From assembly GCA_051294375.1 (NCBI GenBank), contig CM119264.1, positions 12,216,263-12,280,262 on the forward strand: a DNA stretch of 64,000 bases, written 5' to 3'. Under the pieces are notes generated by a model that ran no database searches, was not told where the DNA came from, and saw only the letters and a program-made list of their open reading frames with translations. A program made the translations under genes and the position numbers. This document shows, in pieces, positions 28,550-42,627 of the stretch (positions within the stretch are counted from its first letter, which is position 1; each line of letters begins with the position of its first letter). The stretch is from Paraspadella gotoi (Eukaryota; Animalia; Chaetognatha).

Positions 28550-31060
28550 TCAATCAAAGGTCACCTTCTTCCCTTTCCCCTCAACAATCCCACCCCTGCC
28601 GCCTCGTCCGCCCCTTCCCCCTCTGCCGCCTCTTCCGCGATCGCCACCCCTCCCTCGGCCACCACCGAATCCACCGAATCCTCCGCGACCGCCGCGTCCT
28701 CCGCCAAATCCACCGCCGAATCCACCGCGACCGCCGCCGCCGCCGCCGCTGCGCTCTTCGCTGTAATCCAAAGTGATGTCGCGCCCTCCTATCGACGAGC
28801 CATTCATGGACTGGTAGGCGGACTTGGCATCTTCCGCCGAACCAAACTCGACGTATCCGAAGCCACGTATGGAGCCGTCGTCACGGAGCGGAAGTCGAGC
28901 GGACTTGGCTCCGTCGAAGGCTTTCTTCAGCTCGCCCTCGTCCATGCTGTAGGGCAAGTTCTTAACGAAGAGGGTCTTGGTCTTCCCTTCGAGGTCGGTG
29001 CGAGGGGCGCGATCGCCGCCGCCGAACCCACCGAACCCGCCGCGGGCACCACGACCGAAGCCGCGACCCCGTCCTCCGCGGTCACCACCGCGCCCTCCTC
29101 GGCCGCCCCGGTCTCCTCTGCTCAATTTGTCGAGAAAAAGGGAAGAACCTTTGAGCTCGGATCCCTGCTTCTCTTCCAGCATCGAATCCACTTCCGAAGA
29201 CGAATTGAATTCGATGAAGGCGAAACCTTTGTGGCTTCCGTCAGGCTTTCGAGGCATTCGTACTTCCTGAAATAAGAGGTTGAATAAAGATCTAATAAGC
29301 TAATACTGATTTTTTACCGATAAAAGAGCCATTTCATCAATCAATCAAACATACAGAAAAACCTATAGTTAACTGTAAAATAACTGTGCTAGGTAAGACG
29401 GATCGGAAAACGTTTAACGACTTATAGTTAATAGTTATACTGCACCTTGGATGCAGGGAAAAACTTTTGTAAATCCGAAACATCGACGTCTTCTCCGAGG
29501 CCTTTGACGAAGAGGGTCTGAGAGTCTTTCTGGTTTCCTCCGCTATTCCGGTCGAAGGGGGCTGAACTCTTAGCCCTGGCTTTCTCGGCGCTGTAATTTG
29601 AAATAGAGAAAGGGTAGGATAGGCTCATAAATGCCGTCAGAGAGAAGGTAAACATTTCTACAAAATGATCGTGGACGTAATCGGGTACCTGACAGTGTCG
29701 TCAGAAGCGTCAACCGCCTTCTGAACATCTTCCTCGGACACGACATCAGCGAAACAGGCTTTTCCGTTGTACCGAATCGCTGTGAATGTGACTCCGTGTT
29801 TTTTAAGCCATTTTTTCGCGGCGTTTTCGTCAGCGAGGCCGCGCAAGAACAACGACAACGCTAGGGGGTTGGAGGGGGGAAGTAGGTTTACAAAACGGTT
29901 AAACCGAGACCGAGAATAACGTTAGAAAAGCAATTAGTGAACTCACTGGCGTCGCCGTTTTCAACTTTGGCCTTTTTCGCCGGAGCGCCTGTCGTTCCGT
30001 TCTTCTTCCGTTTTTCGCCGACTTTTTTATCCTTCTCTTCTTCCTCGTCCTCTTCTTCCTCGTCGCTGTCATCCTCATCTTCGTCATCGTCTTCATCGTC
30101 GTCCTCTTCATCACTCCCCTCTTCATCTTGTCCATTTGCCTTGGCTTTTTTGCCTTTTGCCTTTCCTTCATCGCCCTCTTCTTCGTCGCTCTCCTCCTCG
30201 TCATCATCGTCGTCGTCCTCTTCGTCATCGTCATCTGAAAAAAAGTTGTATATTTTTTTTAAGAACGAAAGCAATATATATTTGTTTAAATAATATAGAT
30301 TAAATACTAAATCATTCATAATATATAAATATAGAAAATAGTGAAACAAGTAATTTGTAAATTTTCATAATATTTTCTTTTTGTAAGAAAATATTAATCA
30401 GTCTTCTTACCTTCTTCAACCTCCATCTTTTCTTGTTTTTGTTGCTTAACTGGCTTCTGTTTTTCTTTCTTCGTTGGCTTCACTTCCTCTTCACTCTCTT
30501 CGTCTTCGTCATCATCCTCGTCTTCATCGTCGTCTTCGTCATCCGAATCATCTAAAATCAACACAGTTTTTAAACATACAAATACAAATTTTATTACCAT
30601 CACGAACATACCTTTTTTTGCTGCGAGCGCGGTTTGGACTTTCGAAGAGGGCTCCTCATCTTCGTCATCGTCATCGTCTTCGTCGTCGTCATCATCTTCG
30701 TCTTCATCGTTTTTGGCGGATGGTTTGGCCGAAGATTTTTCCTCCTCTTCGTCCTCTTCATCGTCCTCTTCATCGTCTTCTTCCTCCTCCGACTCCTCTT
30801 TTTTGGCTACTGGTTTGGCTTTCCCGGTCTTTTTCCCGGCCTTCTTTCCGGCCGTTTGTTTTGGGGTTTCCACTTCTTCCTCCTCACTCGATTCTTCTGC
30901 GAAGTTAAACAAATTCGTTTATTTGGTTATCATTTTAAATATTAAGTCAGCTATTATTACCTTCGCTCGTCTCCTCCTTTTTTGGTGGCGGGGGAGGAGT
31001 TGGAACTGTCTTCAATTTCTTAGTTTTCGTTTTCTTAACCGTTTCCTTGTTCTTTGCCAT
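28550..31060 (-). CDS. NCL: Nucleolin-like protein (acidic N-terminus, 3 RRMs, RGG tracts)
   Basis: Starts MAKNKETVK with long D/E tracts. RRMs include TLFVKGL..KGFAFIEF and TLFVKNLPY..RGFGYVEF. RGG repeats are present and the C-terminus is GKGKKVTFD*. Confidence 0.9.
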
Positions 31061-31266
31061 TTTTAAAGTTTTCTTTTTGTTAGTTTTAATTACGAAAGAA
31101 AAATAAGATATTCTGTAAATGTAAAAATTTTAACAAAAGAATGTAAACTTGGACATAGCAGGCAACAAAAGCGAGCATAACGAAGCAGTCACTTAATGAG
31201 CACGATTACTGTCAGCCAGTAAAGTTATAAAAATAAAAATGTTTAGACTTCAACCATCGAAATCAG

Positions 31267-34200
31267 TCATTTCGCGACAGTTGTCACCATAGGTAAACCA
31301 TCGTCGGCGGTGATCAATTGGTAATAAGTTTCGCCATCGTCCGATCCGTTCATCACGAGTCCGTCTAGCAGGGTTCATCAAAAAGTAGAAAAAAGCATTA
31401 AAAAAAAACCACAAAAGCGCTAAATTCGCAAGTTTAAGACTTGCCATCTGTAAGAATGGCAACGTTGTCGCCAATGACGTGACCCATGTCGCCAATTTCC
31501 TCGGTACCATCCACGGCTTCTTGCAACACGTAAGTAGTAAAGCCATCGTCAGCTTCCGAAATCTGACGAGTAAAACAACAAATAACTAAAAATGATTGTT
31601 ACTTTCATCTACGAAAATCATCATGAAAATGCACCTGCTCAAGCAGACGATTTTCTTCCACCGTCTCTTCGGTGCACTGAATGGCCGGTTGTCCATCAAC
31701 CTCAGACACGTACTAAATTCATAACAAAAATTAGGACAATGGACAAGTAATAACAATCGTTTACTTTCCTACCCGTAAGATTTGTTTTTCCGATTCACCA
31801 GCGGCCGTGAAATGAGGCTGGGTCAGGCTTGGGGTCCCACGAGGCCCATCGTCGTTGTTGGCAGTTACAAAGCGGATCTCATCCCCGTCATTGTTCAGCG
31901 TCACGAATTGACGAAGATTTGCGCCAGTATACAGATGATCGGAAGTATCGGGTTCCACTTCTCCGTTAATCGATATGTCGTGACCCTGAACCACATTTTT
32001 ATTAACCCTAATTACAGTGTGCACTGTGTATAATACCTAAACGATTGAACTTACGTTGATTTCGTTATCGTCCAAAACGATTTCGAACTGCGTCTCTGCG
32101 ACGGGGCCAAGAGATCGCGTCGTTAAAGAAGAGAGATCCTCCAACGAATCGTTAGATTCAATAAGACTTAAGAGAGAAGTGAAAATAAAATGTAATTCAC
32201 AGACAAAAATTTATGTTTTGAAAGCGAAAATCCCTACCTTGACATCTTGGGTATTTTTGATTGACTATTACCGAAAATATCTTTATCAGAATCGCCACCT
32301 TCCGCAGAACCTACATGCAAAAATATTAATTTATTCTTTAAAAAATATTTTAAAAAATCCAAAATATTTTGGGAAGACATGACGGAAAAGGCCATTGTTT
32401 GTGACGTGAAATAGAGAGGATTCAGTAAACCGAACCTCCCTTTGGAGTCCACAAGCTTTATTTTGCGTCGATTCGTGTTAAAGACAAATAGAATTGAATT
32501 GTTTGTCCTTACGTAATGAAAACGTCGCCAAGATATAGTAGAAACCAGTGTGGCCACTTACTGGAAAAATCGGATACTAATGACTTAGGTTTCCTGACTA
32601 AAGCGGACCTCAGTTTCTGTTCGCCTCGTCGTATCATGATATTAATGGCGCGTAGATCCTTTGTATTGAAAAGCAAGCGTGAATATCAAATATTTGTCGT
32701 TTATATTACGTCTCCTCAACTACATTTTCTCAATACCTTGGCGGGAGATTTTGAAAACTGATAGGAGAGTTTTCTGCCATCTGTGGGAGGACAACCGGAA
32801 AATCTTCGCGGTGAAACAAAAATGGAATGGCGAGGAGTAAGTCGCCGGGGAGACCGAGTCTGACGAGTTAATAATTATGAGTAATAGTACAAATCTTGCT
32901 TGTAATTCATACAAAGAACCTCACCCCAGGAATATTTAAAGGATGCAGGCTTGGAAGGTTGGTTGATTTTTCCTCCACATCATCGTTTGATATTCTGAAT
33001 TTAAAATCGTAACTGTTTATGGCAGATCACATCAAATATACTACGTCGATCCAACTCACTTCATTGCCTCGGACCCCGAGGCTGGAAGAAAAACTTCATT
33101 GTAGAAAGTAATGAGATCGCCTCTCCTTTCCTTTCTGTTTTCATCCTGATCGTGATTCAAAAGAACACTTCTGTAAACGTGGCTTCGGAATTGAGGCTGC
33201 ATTCTGCGAAAGGCAAACGTTTAGTCATAACGGGCGAGAACAAACTACGTTTACGTATCTAATTTTTTCCCACAACTTGCCTGTATCCCCGCATAATTTG
33301 CTGAAACGTACAACCATTTCCTTCTTTTCCTAGTCCCGTTAATTTGCAAACGACGTAAAGTGAAGAAAGAAGAATTTGGTCCAAATGTCTCCCACGCATC
33401 ATAATAGATCGGTCGGCACGTAAAGTGTGATGGAATAAGGACCAGGTCTGCCCCCCAAAAAAAATTTTCAATAGTTTTCGTAAAACCTTTATTCAGGATA
33501 AAAACTAAATTCATGTAAAAATTCATCAGATCTTATCAGCAAAACTATCATCAGTCGCTCAACCGTGAGGGAGCGACCTGCAGAAAATTCTGTCATCACA
33601 AAATTATTTTAGAAATCAGGGCAATAATTGGAAAGTTCCAATTGGAGTCTTTCGCTTTACCTTTTCCTGAGTCTCTTCGTCTAAACCAAGACGAACAACG
33701 AGATCCTTAAGTCTCAAGGCAGACATGTGATACACCTAAAATCAACAAATATTTAGAATAAAACTTATAAACACATCACACGATTAAAAAAAAAAAAGGC
33801 TCTCACCTTTCTGTAAAATAACGACAACGAGCTATGACTTTTTGGCTCCTTGATCGGTCGCTTGACTTTACCGGCCAAACGGATAGAATAACTCTGACCG
33901 TCAGACGATGGAACCATAAACACTTGAGCAGGCACGACCACGGGTTTGTCGTTCTTAAGACTCTGGATGTTGATGGTGACCTTCTTTCCGCCAGGTGGTG
34001 GATTTTCTTCTTCATCTTCCTCCTCAAACAACCTTCTCCGCGTTCCCTCGGAGATTTGTCCCGACTCAAGCTCTTCGCGCGCTTGAGCCTTTGACGAAGT
34101 TACTTCAGCGCAAGACGGCGCCGCGTTTGTCTTGGTGTCTAATAGAAAATACAAATGATTTTAGTACGCATTGATCGAGCTCGTAATTTTTTTGGTGCAA

Positions 34201-37200
34201 ACCTGCGCAATATTCGTCGAGAGAGGCCCAAAGCGAAGAGGATGGCGCCCAAGCCAGACTTTCCAAAACCGTTTCTTCAATGTAAGTTAAATGTTTGACG
34301 ACTTCCCGCCAAAGACGGCCCTCGGTGCGAACCACGAGCTCGATTACTCTAACAAGGACAATCAATGAAGAATAATTTTCATTTCATTTTCATTTAAAAT
34401 AGTAATAAGACGATCGAAGCACCTGTAAAAGTGGTAAGCCGGAATTTCACATAACTGAAGCACCAGAGGAAACTTTGTGTCAGACGTTTTTGTTAAAATA
34501 CAAAAAACCACGATTTCTAAACAGCAGGCGAAAAGGCATCGATGAAAATTGTCTTGTTCCATCATTGGTCCCAACTCTGAGGCATCTCTATTCAGTCGTT
34601 TTTGCTCCGCCTGCAGAGAATAAATAAATAAATGGCTAAATTTTACTTTCGCCGACCGCGGCTTTAAAAAACCACTTAAAAATATTTCTTTTTAAAAAAA
34701 AAATTTAAAAAATATTACCTCATTACCCTTACCATAAACCCTCACAACCCTAAACCACCCTTAAACCACTCTTAACCCTAGCCCCTCCCTAACCCCGGTC
34801 GGCGAAAGTAAAAGTAACCCACATTTGTACATGACCATCGGAGGCTATGATATTCCGTGCTGAATCGCTGATATTTTTAAGTGACCCTGTCTTATCACAC
34901 GGTTGTGAATGACATTGACCAGAACATTGGCCTTCCGCATACTCAGAGACCGCGAGTTACAGTTGCGCCGTATTTGTTAGACACGCACTGCATCGGAATT
35001 CGGTCTTTTTTCTTTAGATTTTAGGTTCTTTCCCAGTTAGCGAAAATAACAAAAGAGCAAACAAATTTAAACCGCATTACACTTTAAATCAAGTAATCGC
35101 TTTTTAAAATGATGACGTGACTTTACAAATATGATATATATGTATGGTAAATGTATTATATTACCTTATTTTCATACCAAATATAAACTATTGATTACCC
35201 AAGTTGAGACAAACCAACGGACGGACAGACATGCCAACCGACCAAAAAGTAACTTACTTAGTTGCTCCGCGAGAACTCGCGGCGCAACAAAACAGTAATT
35301 GTAGAACAAGCGTCAGAAAAAATATAATCAGATGTGTAAACAATCAATAAAATATCTCCGTACAGGGAAGAAGTAAAAATCACATTTTAGATATATACCT
35401 TCGATTTACCTCTAGTATTTTTTCCAGACAATTATAATAAAGTGCGTGAGTTAAAGTATGATAAATGCACTTGTGAATTTCTCCGACTTCGAAACGATCC
35501 ATACCAATCATAACGGATTCACTCAATGAAGAAAGTCGGCTCATGAACATTGATCGTAAAACCTAAGAAAGTACGGTTAAACGGTTGAAAACAATTTAAC
35601 TATCCAAAATTACTTAAATAAAACGGAATGCTTTCTTCTCATTAAAAAATAGTAAAAGGGGGCCCATTTTTTCGTCTTCTCTCTTCGCAAAAACAAAGAG
35701 ATGAAGGCGCAAAGGAGCACTAAAAATCTGTTAGAGATAAATAAAAATAAATAGGGTAGTGCGGGGTAATTAGAAACACTGACATATAAAATATCTGTAC
35801 ACAATTTTTTTATTTCATTTTATAATTTTGTTGGTGTAATTAATATTTCACCAACTTGACTTTCCATTATTAAAGTTACAGATTCGGCAGCTGCTGCAGC
35901 AGAAATTTCAAAGCTGCTTGTCAAAATTCGTCTTTGAGTACGAATAGTCGTTTTCAAGCCCCTGTTACAGTCATATTTGACGTAATATGATTATGGAATA
36001 TTAATATCTGATAGTCGATACTACTAAATTTTAGTCATTGTATAAATTATTTCAAAAAAAAAATTAATTCTTTTTTACATAGCTACAATTAAATTGGGGT
36101 AAAACGGAACACCTATGAAGTAAGTATTCTGTATTACATCATATGATTTTTATAACGTGTTAATGATAAGAGTTAGCAACATTTTTTAAATAATTAGGCG
36201 GAAAAAATTATTATTCTATAACTATTACCGTAAATTTTTAGCAATAAAAAAAAGTTTGGAATGGAATTTAACGCCTACATATGGTTAAAAAAATTAGTAT
36301 AAGAAAAAATTAAGTTAAAAGTTAATATAAAAATAATATGAATAAAAATATATGGAAAAAGGAAATAAAACAAAAATTTAAAAAGAAAAATAAAAAATGA
36401 TAAATAAAAAGAATAAGAAAAAATAACATTGGAATAAAAAAGGGGGAAAATATTGATTAAAAAAGAAAGTTGGGGACAAAATGTATACGAGGGTAAAAGT
36501 AATAAAATGTTAAAGTATTATTATTAATTAATTAGCTAAAATATTACTATGACTCATGTTAATCATTAACATTGCTAAAGACTATATTTAGCTACTGGAA
36601 AACCATGAAACAGAACTAATATCAAAATCTAAAATGAAATTAGACACAATTAGATTTAATACTGCAATATGTAAATAAGATTGAAAGATTCAATTTCATT
36701 TAACTTTAAGATCATATTAAATAATCATCTCTTACAAATGCAGGAATGAAAAAAATTTAAAAAACTTTGTAAAAAATACTATAAATAAAAAAATATATAA
36801 AATTTTGTAAGTATCTATTGACATTCAATAATTTTGTACAACTGAGAACATGGTATTAAAAATATAACGAATACATCAAGCTGTAGCGGGGACACTTTCC
36901 TAGATATATCACCAGAAAAGTTTTTTTATAAAAATAAATTTACTATGCGAAAAATTTGATTACTTCCATAAGTGTTCCGAATTACCCCGCACAACCCTAT
37001 AGAAAGAAGTTAATCTGAAAGAAAGAAAGAAAGTTTTTCATAATAACGGTCGCGGGTTTAATTTAGACGACGGTATTCTTTTATGAATTTATAAAGGCAC
37101 CCAATTTAAAACTACATCTTGAAGTTCAAGAGCAATTCCATTTTAAGCACTCGCACCCTAAAATATATTCTTACATCTGCTTCCGGGCTTTTGGAGCATG

Positions 37201-39351
37201 TCAAGACAGTTTCTGTTAAAGGGAGAGCCTCAATTTTTGAACCGGCCAACAATGACTTGAGCCTAAATGGGTTAATCATGAATAAATACCAAAGCCTTGA
37301 AATACGTTTTATGCAGTAAAATTGAGACGCTGAGGGGAGCTTAATGCCATCAGAAAGCAAAATTGCAGACTAACCGGTCTAAATTTTGGCCAGCAGAAGG
37401 TTTGTTGTGCAAAAGATGTCTGTTGCTGAGAGGTGTTTGGGGAGGAACGTTCTTGGCCGGTGAATCGTCCTCTTTTCCATCTAGGTAATCCATGCCATTA
37501 ACCAAGAAAAGCTGCATAAAGCACATTTAAAACAAAAAAGCTCTTTAAAACTTGTAGCACAAAAACCGCACAAAAACCGCACAAATACCTTCTTGCTACA
37601 GGCAGCCATACTCGCTTCTGATAACAATGACAGCTCAAGGTCTGCTTTAGAATTTTTATCCAAAAAAATTCTTTCCTCGAAATCACCCTTGAGCATCACG
37701 TATTCGTCATGGAACGTGTTTAAAACTCCTAGAGATTTCAGATAAAAATTCACAATGTTGCATAATAAATAGAATTTCTTTAACAAAGAAAAATCACCGT
37801 AGTTAAAGGAAAAGTTATCCGAAGACAGAACTTCGCTCTGAGTGAGGGGTTTACCCCTCATTGTCATCTTCTCAAACATTTTGTTCAAAAAAGGAGTAAG
37901 GTAGTGGATCTAAAAAAAATTTACATGAATTGTATGGTAAGCAAAGCCTTTCAAAAGCTAAAACAAGCTAACCTTTACGCCTTTAGCTTCAATGGGCGTT
38001 CCCCCATGAAGATGACAAAGGGTCTCCACTATAGAAACAGGCGCGAGAGAAGGGCGAGAAGAAAAAACCCCGGACGGACGATTAAGGGAAGGTGGAACAC
38101 CGGGAAAGTTGGGGTTGAGAAGATCGCGACGACGATCAGTCAATAGATTGTGGAAGATAAAGTCCACGACGCATAGCATCAGATGATAACTAATAATTTG
38201 AAAAAGTTCAAAGATCCGGACAATCAACCCCATTCAGCTGTAAAGTACGATTACCTGTTGACCAAATCTCCAGCTATCGCAGGAAATGTTGATTTGACAT
38301 GGGCCAAAAGTGTCCAGGCAAACCGCCTGATCTCGTCGACCGAAAGACGCCTGGCCACGGTAGGAGTACCAACTTCGTTAGCCTCCGTTTCCTCTGTGAC
38401 GGATGACAATACGGCGGCGTCGGAAGTTGGGGGGGACAATATAGCGTTGGATTTTTCCTCTTCCTCATTTCGATTCCGCTTCCCGTAGGTGCGAGTTTCA
38501 CGACGGACGGATGGTACTGAACATTATAAAGCTGTTGAAAGGTGGTCTTTATTGGGCTAGAATTACCCACACAACTACCTCCAGCCTTACCATCGGGTTC
38601 AGCGGCCGACTCCGTGGGTGGTTCTTCCTCAACCTCCGGTGCCGCTTGGAAGACGGTTTCGAAGATGACAGAGAACTTCGCATAAACAATTTTAGATACG
38701 GCGAACATCTTCTCTAAGTCTTGCTGTTCGCGTCGAAAGTGGACGGGGACAGGCGACATCTCCATCCATCGCTTCATTTTCGCAAAAAACTGCGCCGGAC
38801 CGAATTCGTCGTGGGTAGATGAAACGCATTTGAGCAATAGATGAAGGGGCAAATGGTAGTGTCGCGGAGTCGGTGAATCTGTCGGTAGATTTAAACGCTC
38901 AGTGAGATGAAAACTAGAACCAAGAGCAACTTCGATTTTTAAGGCACCATGATCGTCGCCGTCACGGTCGACGTCGTAGGAGTCGTCGTCGGCGGAGGGA
39001 ACGCCACGGCAGGCAACAAAGAGAGCGCAGGCGAGCCATTGCAAAGGTTCTCCCTCCAAGGTGTAGTTAACGGCGACTTCTTCGAAATTATTCCAAGCAG
39101 AGTCTCTTTGAGGAGTCTGCAGATTCAGCTCAGAACACAGTTCTGTAATTAAGTTTAAAAACATGTTTTTTACCAACGTACATAGGGTTACGTTTACATT
39201 TATTAGAATACCTATAATTACCGGAAAAACGCGTAAAAATTTCCGAAATTGAAGGCGTGCCGAGAACATGAGGATTTCCCGCACTTGCACTACCCTCAAT
39301 TGTAGAAATAATGGCTTTCTCTTCGACTCCGGACTTCTCAGTTGAAGGCAT
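31267..39351 (-). CDS. Retinoblastoma-family pocket protein, p107/p130 (RBL1/RBL2) type, multi-exon
   Basis: N-terminus RFSELCSELNL..NYTLEGEPLQWLACALFVACR; pocket A YYNCLEKILE|AEQKRL..FHRCLFACCLEIV, VIELVVRTEGRLWREVVKHLTYIEETVLESLAW; pocket B SLSLFYRKV, MMRGRHLDQILLSSLYVVCK, GDLITFYNEVF; C-terminus SPRR..SIFVSP..FSKSPAK|DLRAINIMIRRGE. Confidence 0.93.
34634..34819. mobile_element. Short TIR element enclosing degenerate telomere-like (TAACCC) repeats
   Basis: Perfect 18-bp inverted core TTTTACTTTCGCCGACCG (34641-34658 / 34796-34813). The interior at 34722-34794 reads ATTACCCTTACCATAAACCCTCACAACCCTAAACC..TTAACCCTAGCCCCTCCCTAACCC. Confidence 0.7.
34980..35290 (-). mobile_element. Short interspersed element with Helentron/HINE-like layout, copy 1 (RB intron)
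   Basis: Reverse-complement match to 46266-46492: GACACGCACTGCATCGGAATT, an ACGG/ACAG microsatellite and palindrome AGTTGCTCCGCGAGAACTCGCGGCGCAAC. Confidence 0.65.
36096..36988. mobile_element. MITE-like element with an imperfect ~28-bp TIR in an RB intron
   Basis: GGGGTAAAACGGAACACCTATGAAGTAA ... TTACTTCCATAAGTGTTCCGAATTACCCC, enclosing very AT-rich DNA. Confidence 0.6.
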
Positions 39352-39657
39352 CTCTCATTTCAAAGTTAACCATTTGCCCGTGGTCAATGAGTTTGTCCAA
39401 AGATGATCACGAATTAATAAGATTTACATCTAAATTAGGAAGAAACCGATGGCACGAAATAGGTGCGACAGTTTTTAATGGCATGAAAATTATTATGCCG
39501 CAACGAATGCCGATTCGTTTGGAATAAGAAAGGGCACGAGGGCTAATAAAGTGTTGTGGTGGGAAAACGGGCAGTGTGGGAAGGGAGGAACGATCTCAAC
39601 AAGACTAGAAATCCATTTTTAAGCAACGAAAGTTCGACTATCATGCTGGAGAGCCTT

Positions 39658-42627
39658 CTATCCGTTTTCTAACTCAACTGAGGGAGCGTTTTCCAACGAC
39701 AAAAGCAACCCGTCATCTTCCAAGTCCAACGTTTCGGAACGTTTGAGCAAAATCGTTAACAACAGCGAAGAAATTAGCGCCGACGTCAGCAGGAAACAAC
39801 TATGAAATAACGGGGAAATAGAAGAATGAATGAAATGGGCCCTTTAGAAACGGAGTCATTACACTTTTACCTTCCGACGAAAATTATTCCGTTGCCATGT
39901 TTGGTGGCGTCCTCGTGGAGGATTAACAATCCGGAACCAGCAATAAGGTAAAGAGGAATTCGAAAGAAATTCCCGATGCTCAACTGATGACCCTGTGGAA
40001 GAGCTGCCTTCCGCAATCGACTCATGGACGGGAAATACCTAAAGGACGTGAAAAAAGAAACTAAATGCTTTGTGCTTCGACTTTTTCTTTTATCTGCTGT
40101 AGAGAGCAAGATTAATTTCTTATATCCTGTTGTTTATTTAGAAATGAAACGACTTGCCAAAGGACTTTATAAACAATGGCTGTACTCACAAGCCTGCGGC
40201 GAACTCGAGCGTCAGAAAGGCTGTAAGTGTAAGAAGCGGGGCAGGGGCGGCTGGATGAGCGGCGAGTAAAAGGACGACGAAGGAAAATAGGGCGAGGGCG
40301 ATGGCGGCCGACAGCGAATGGTAAGGGCGACAAACGAATCGTGCGCTGAGAGTACCTCGCGTCGCGTAGTGAAAGGCCGAGACTCCTGCGAAGCTGCACA
40401 ACATGAAGTTGGCAAAGACTAGGCCGAGGGGTGGGTAGGACTGAAAGAGTATACACGGGAAAACAAATATGTAAAGATCCTTTAATTAAATATATTAACC
40501 TTCCGATTAGATCAATGGATATATAGCTCACGTGGTTGACTTGGGCGAGAACGGGCGTCCACAGGAACGCAAAAAGGACTATAATGCTTTCAAAGGCCGA
40601 CTGAATAGCGCCGATGAGTAGAATGCGAGCGTCTCCGCAAATCGACCGGAACCCCTGTTATAGCATGTTAAAAACCTACGTGACTAGGGACTTTTAATTA
40701 ACCCAAACCACTTATTTTAACTTTATTTTGCTACACTTATTTGACCTGAATTAAGGACTTTCTGAAGTCCGGCGTTCGGTTGCTGCAATTATCACACCAT
40801 TTGGTAGCGATCATGAAGCCGCTAAAGGCGAAACAGGGAATGGAGATGCCGTAAGGCCATTTCGGTCCTTCGGGGAAATAAGTGCCTGGAATGAAGGAAA
40901 ACACCCCTGCGGCAACCGCAAGGATACCGTTCCAAAAGGATGCTTTGTTGAATGTCATCGGGATCCATTCCTGTAGGTGTAAACGCCGGAAATTATTTCT
41001 TCGTTTGATCGGGAACACATTTTTGTTCCTCCTGAGATTAAAAACTTTGTACGTGGTGTGAAATAGAGAATATCCGGAGTATAAAGGAAGTCTCCTTGGA
41101 ATCCACTAGAATCGAAACTCGATTCGAGTCTTATTTGGCATCGACTGGAAACAGGGAGGGCCGTTCAAAGCCAACCCTGCATGGATCGATGCCTTTGATG
41201 AAAAATGAATTTTTGAAAGAAAACTTACTTTTGGAAAGTCATGAGTTTCCGTGTGTTCGTGGACGTACCACGCCTCCATCGCGGCGAAAAGGACTGACGT
41301 AGCACTTCCGCGCAAAATTTCGCTAACGAGGAGAACCCCATAGCTCGAAGAGGTTTTTAGTCCCGCCGAAATTATGTATACGACGATGAAAATGAGGCAA
41401 AGAGGCTTCCGTCCGTACCGTTGCGCAAGTGAACCTTTAAAAGATTTCAGTTGTGGAGGAATTAAAGTGAAAATTTTAAAAGCATAAGGGTCGTCGCAAT
41501 CCCATAAACTTTTATTCAAAAAAAAAAAATTTGATACCGGAAAACTAAGTTTTATATTTCCAGAAGACAACACTAACAACCCTCTTCATTTAATAATATT
41601 TATTTTCAGATTTAGATTATCAAAAACCAAAATTAGGAAAAAAATAATATAGATATAAAAATTATTAAAAAAATTAGTAAAAAAAAATATTGATAATATT
41701 AGATCTATATAGTATACTGTTATTTAAGGACAATTAGCTTCCGTTTTGCGATTGTAAAATAATAACATGCGCGACTGCTATGCTTAACATCAAGTGTTCG
41801 ATCCTAGCCATTTTTTTAAAATAAAAAACAGAAAGAGAGAGAGAGAAATAGCTCCAGCCGCTTCAGAGTTAAACTCGTTTTTGGACGAATCAGAAAAGAA
41901 ACCGACCTATTTAAAAAATCGATTTCATACCTATCAAAGATAATTTTTTAATTAATTAATTTTATTAATTAAGATATAATGAATTTTTCCAATACTATAT
42001 GCTAATTTGCGTATTACAGTTAGTCATAATATGAAGGGAATCCAAATTAGATCAAACATTTGAAATATTACATTATTATTTTTAAAGGACATTGATGATG
42101 AGAAGCCATATCCAAATCCTGAGCTACATTCAAATTGACTTTTATGATAAGGCTTGGAACGCCGACGACGACGTTCATTGGGATCGTCCCAAAATCGATT
42201 GCGATGATATAAAATGAAAGGGGAGCGAAGAACCGATTGTCGGTCAAAGATGTAAAGACTCATACCAGCCCAGCTTCCAAAAACGAGGGAAGAGGCCAAT
42301 CCAAAAACGTAGAGGATGGCGATTTGAGATTCGATGAAACCATAAGAGTCGTAGATTTTGTAGAGATAAGGAACTTGTAACCAATCGGCGTAAACCGCCG
42401 GCAAGTAAACGACGAAGTATATTCTTTGAAATTTCTAAAAAAAAGAAAAAAAAAATATTAAAAATCCGGCTATTCAATTAAGGAGTGATGGAACAAACCT
42501 GGAAGATCGGATTGGTGCCACTCGATGAGAAGATCCGGTTTTGCCCCGACGTTTTGTTCAAAATGGCACAAACGACCGTCAGCACAGGAAGTAGCGTCAA
42601 ATTTATTTTCAGAAAGGTTTCGCTCAT
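39658..42627 (-). CDS. MFSD5: Major facilitator superfamily molybdate-anion transporter, multi-exon
   Basis: ADWLQVPYLYKIYDSYGFIESQIAILYVFGLASSLVFG; LAQRYGRK; ATSVLFAAMEAWYVHEHTETHDFP; EWIPMTFNKASFWNGILAVAAG; YFPSMSRLR..NFFRIPL. Confidence 0.93.

Noticed and set aside
28977-31066. Long + strand ORFs rich in Ser, Pro or Phe over nucleolin
   Set aside because: These are antisense shadows of the D/E and RGG low-complexity coding sequence.
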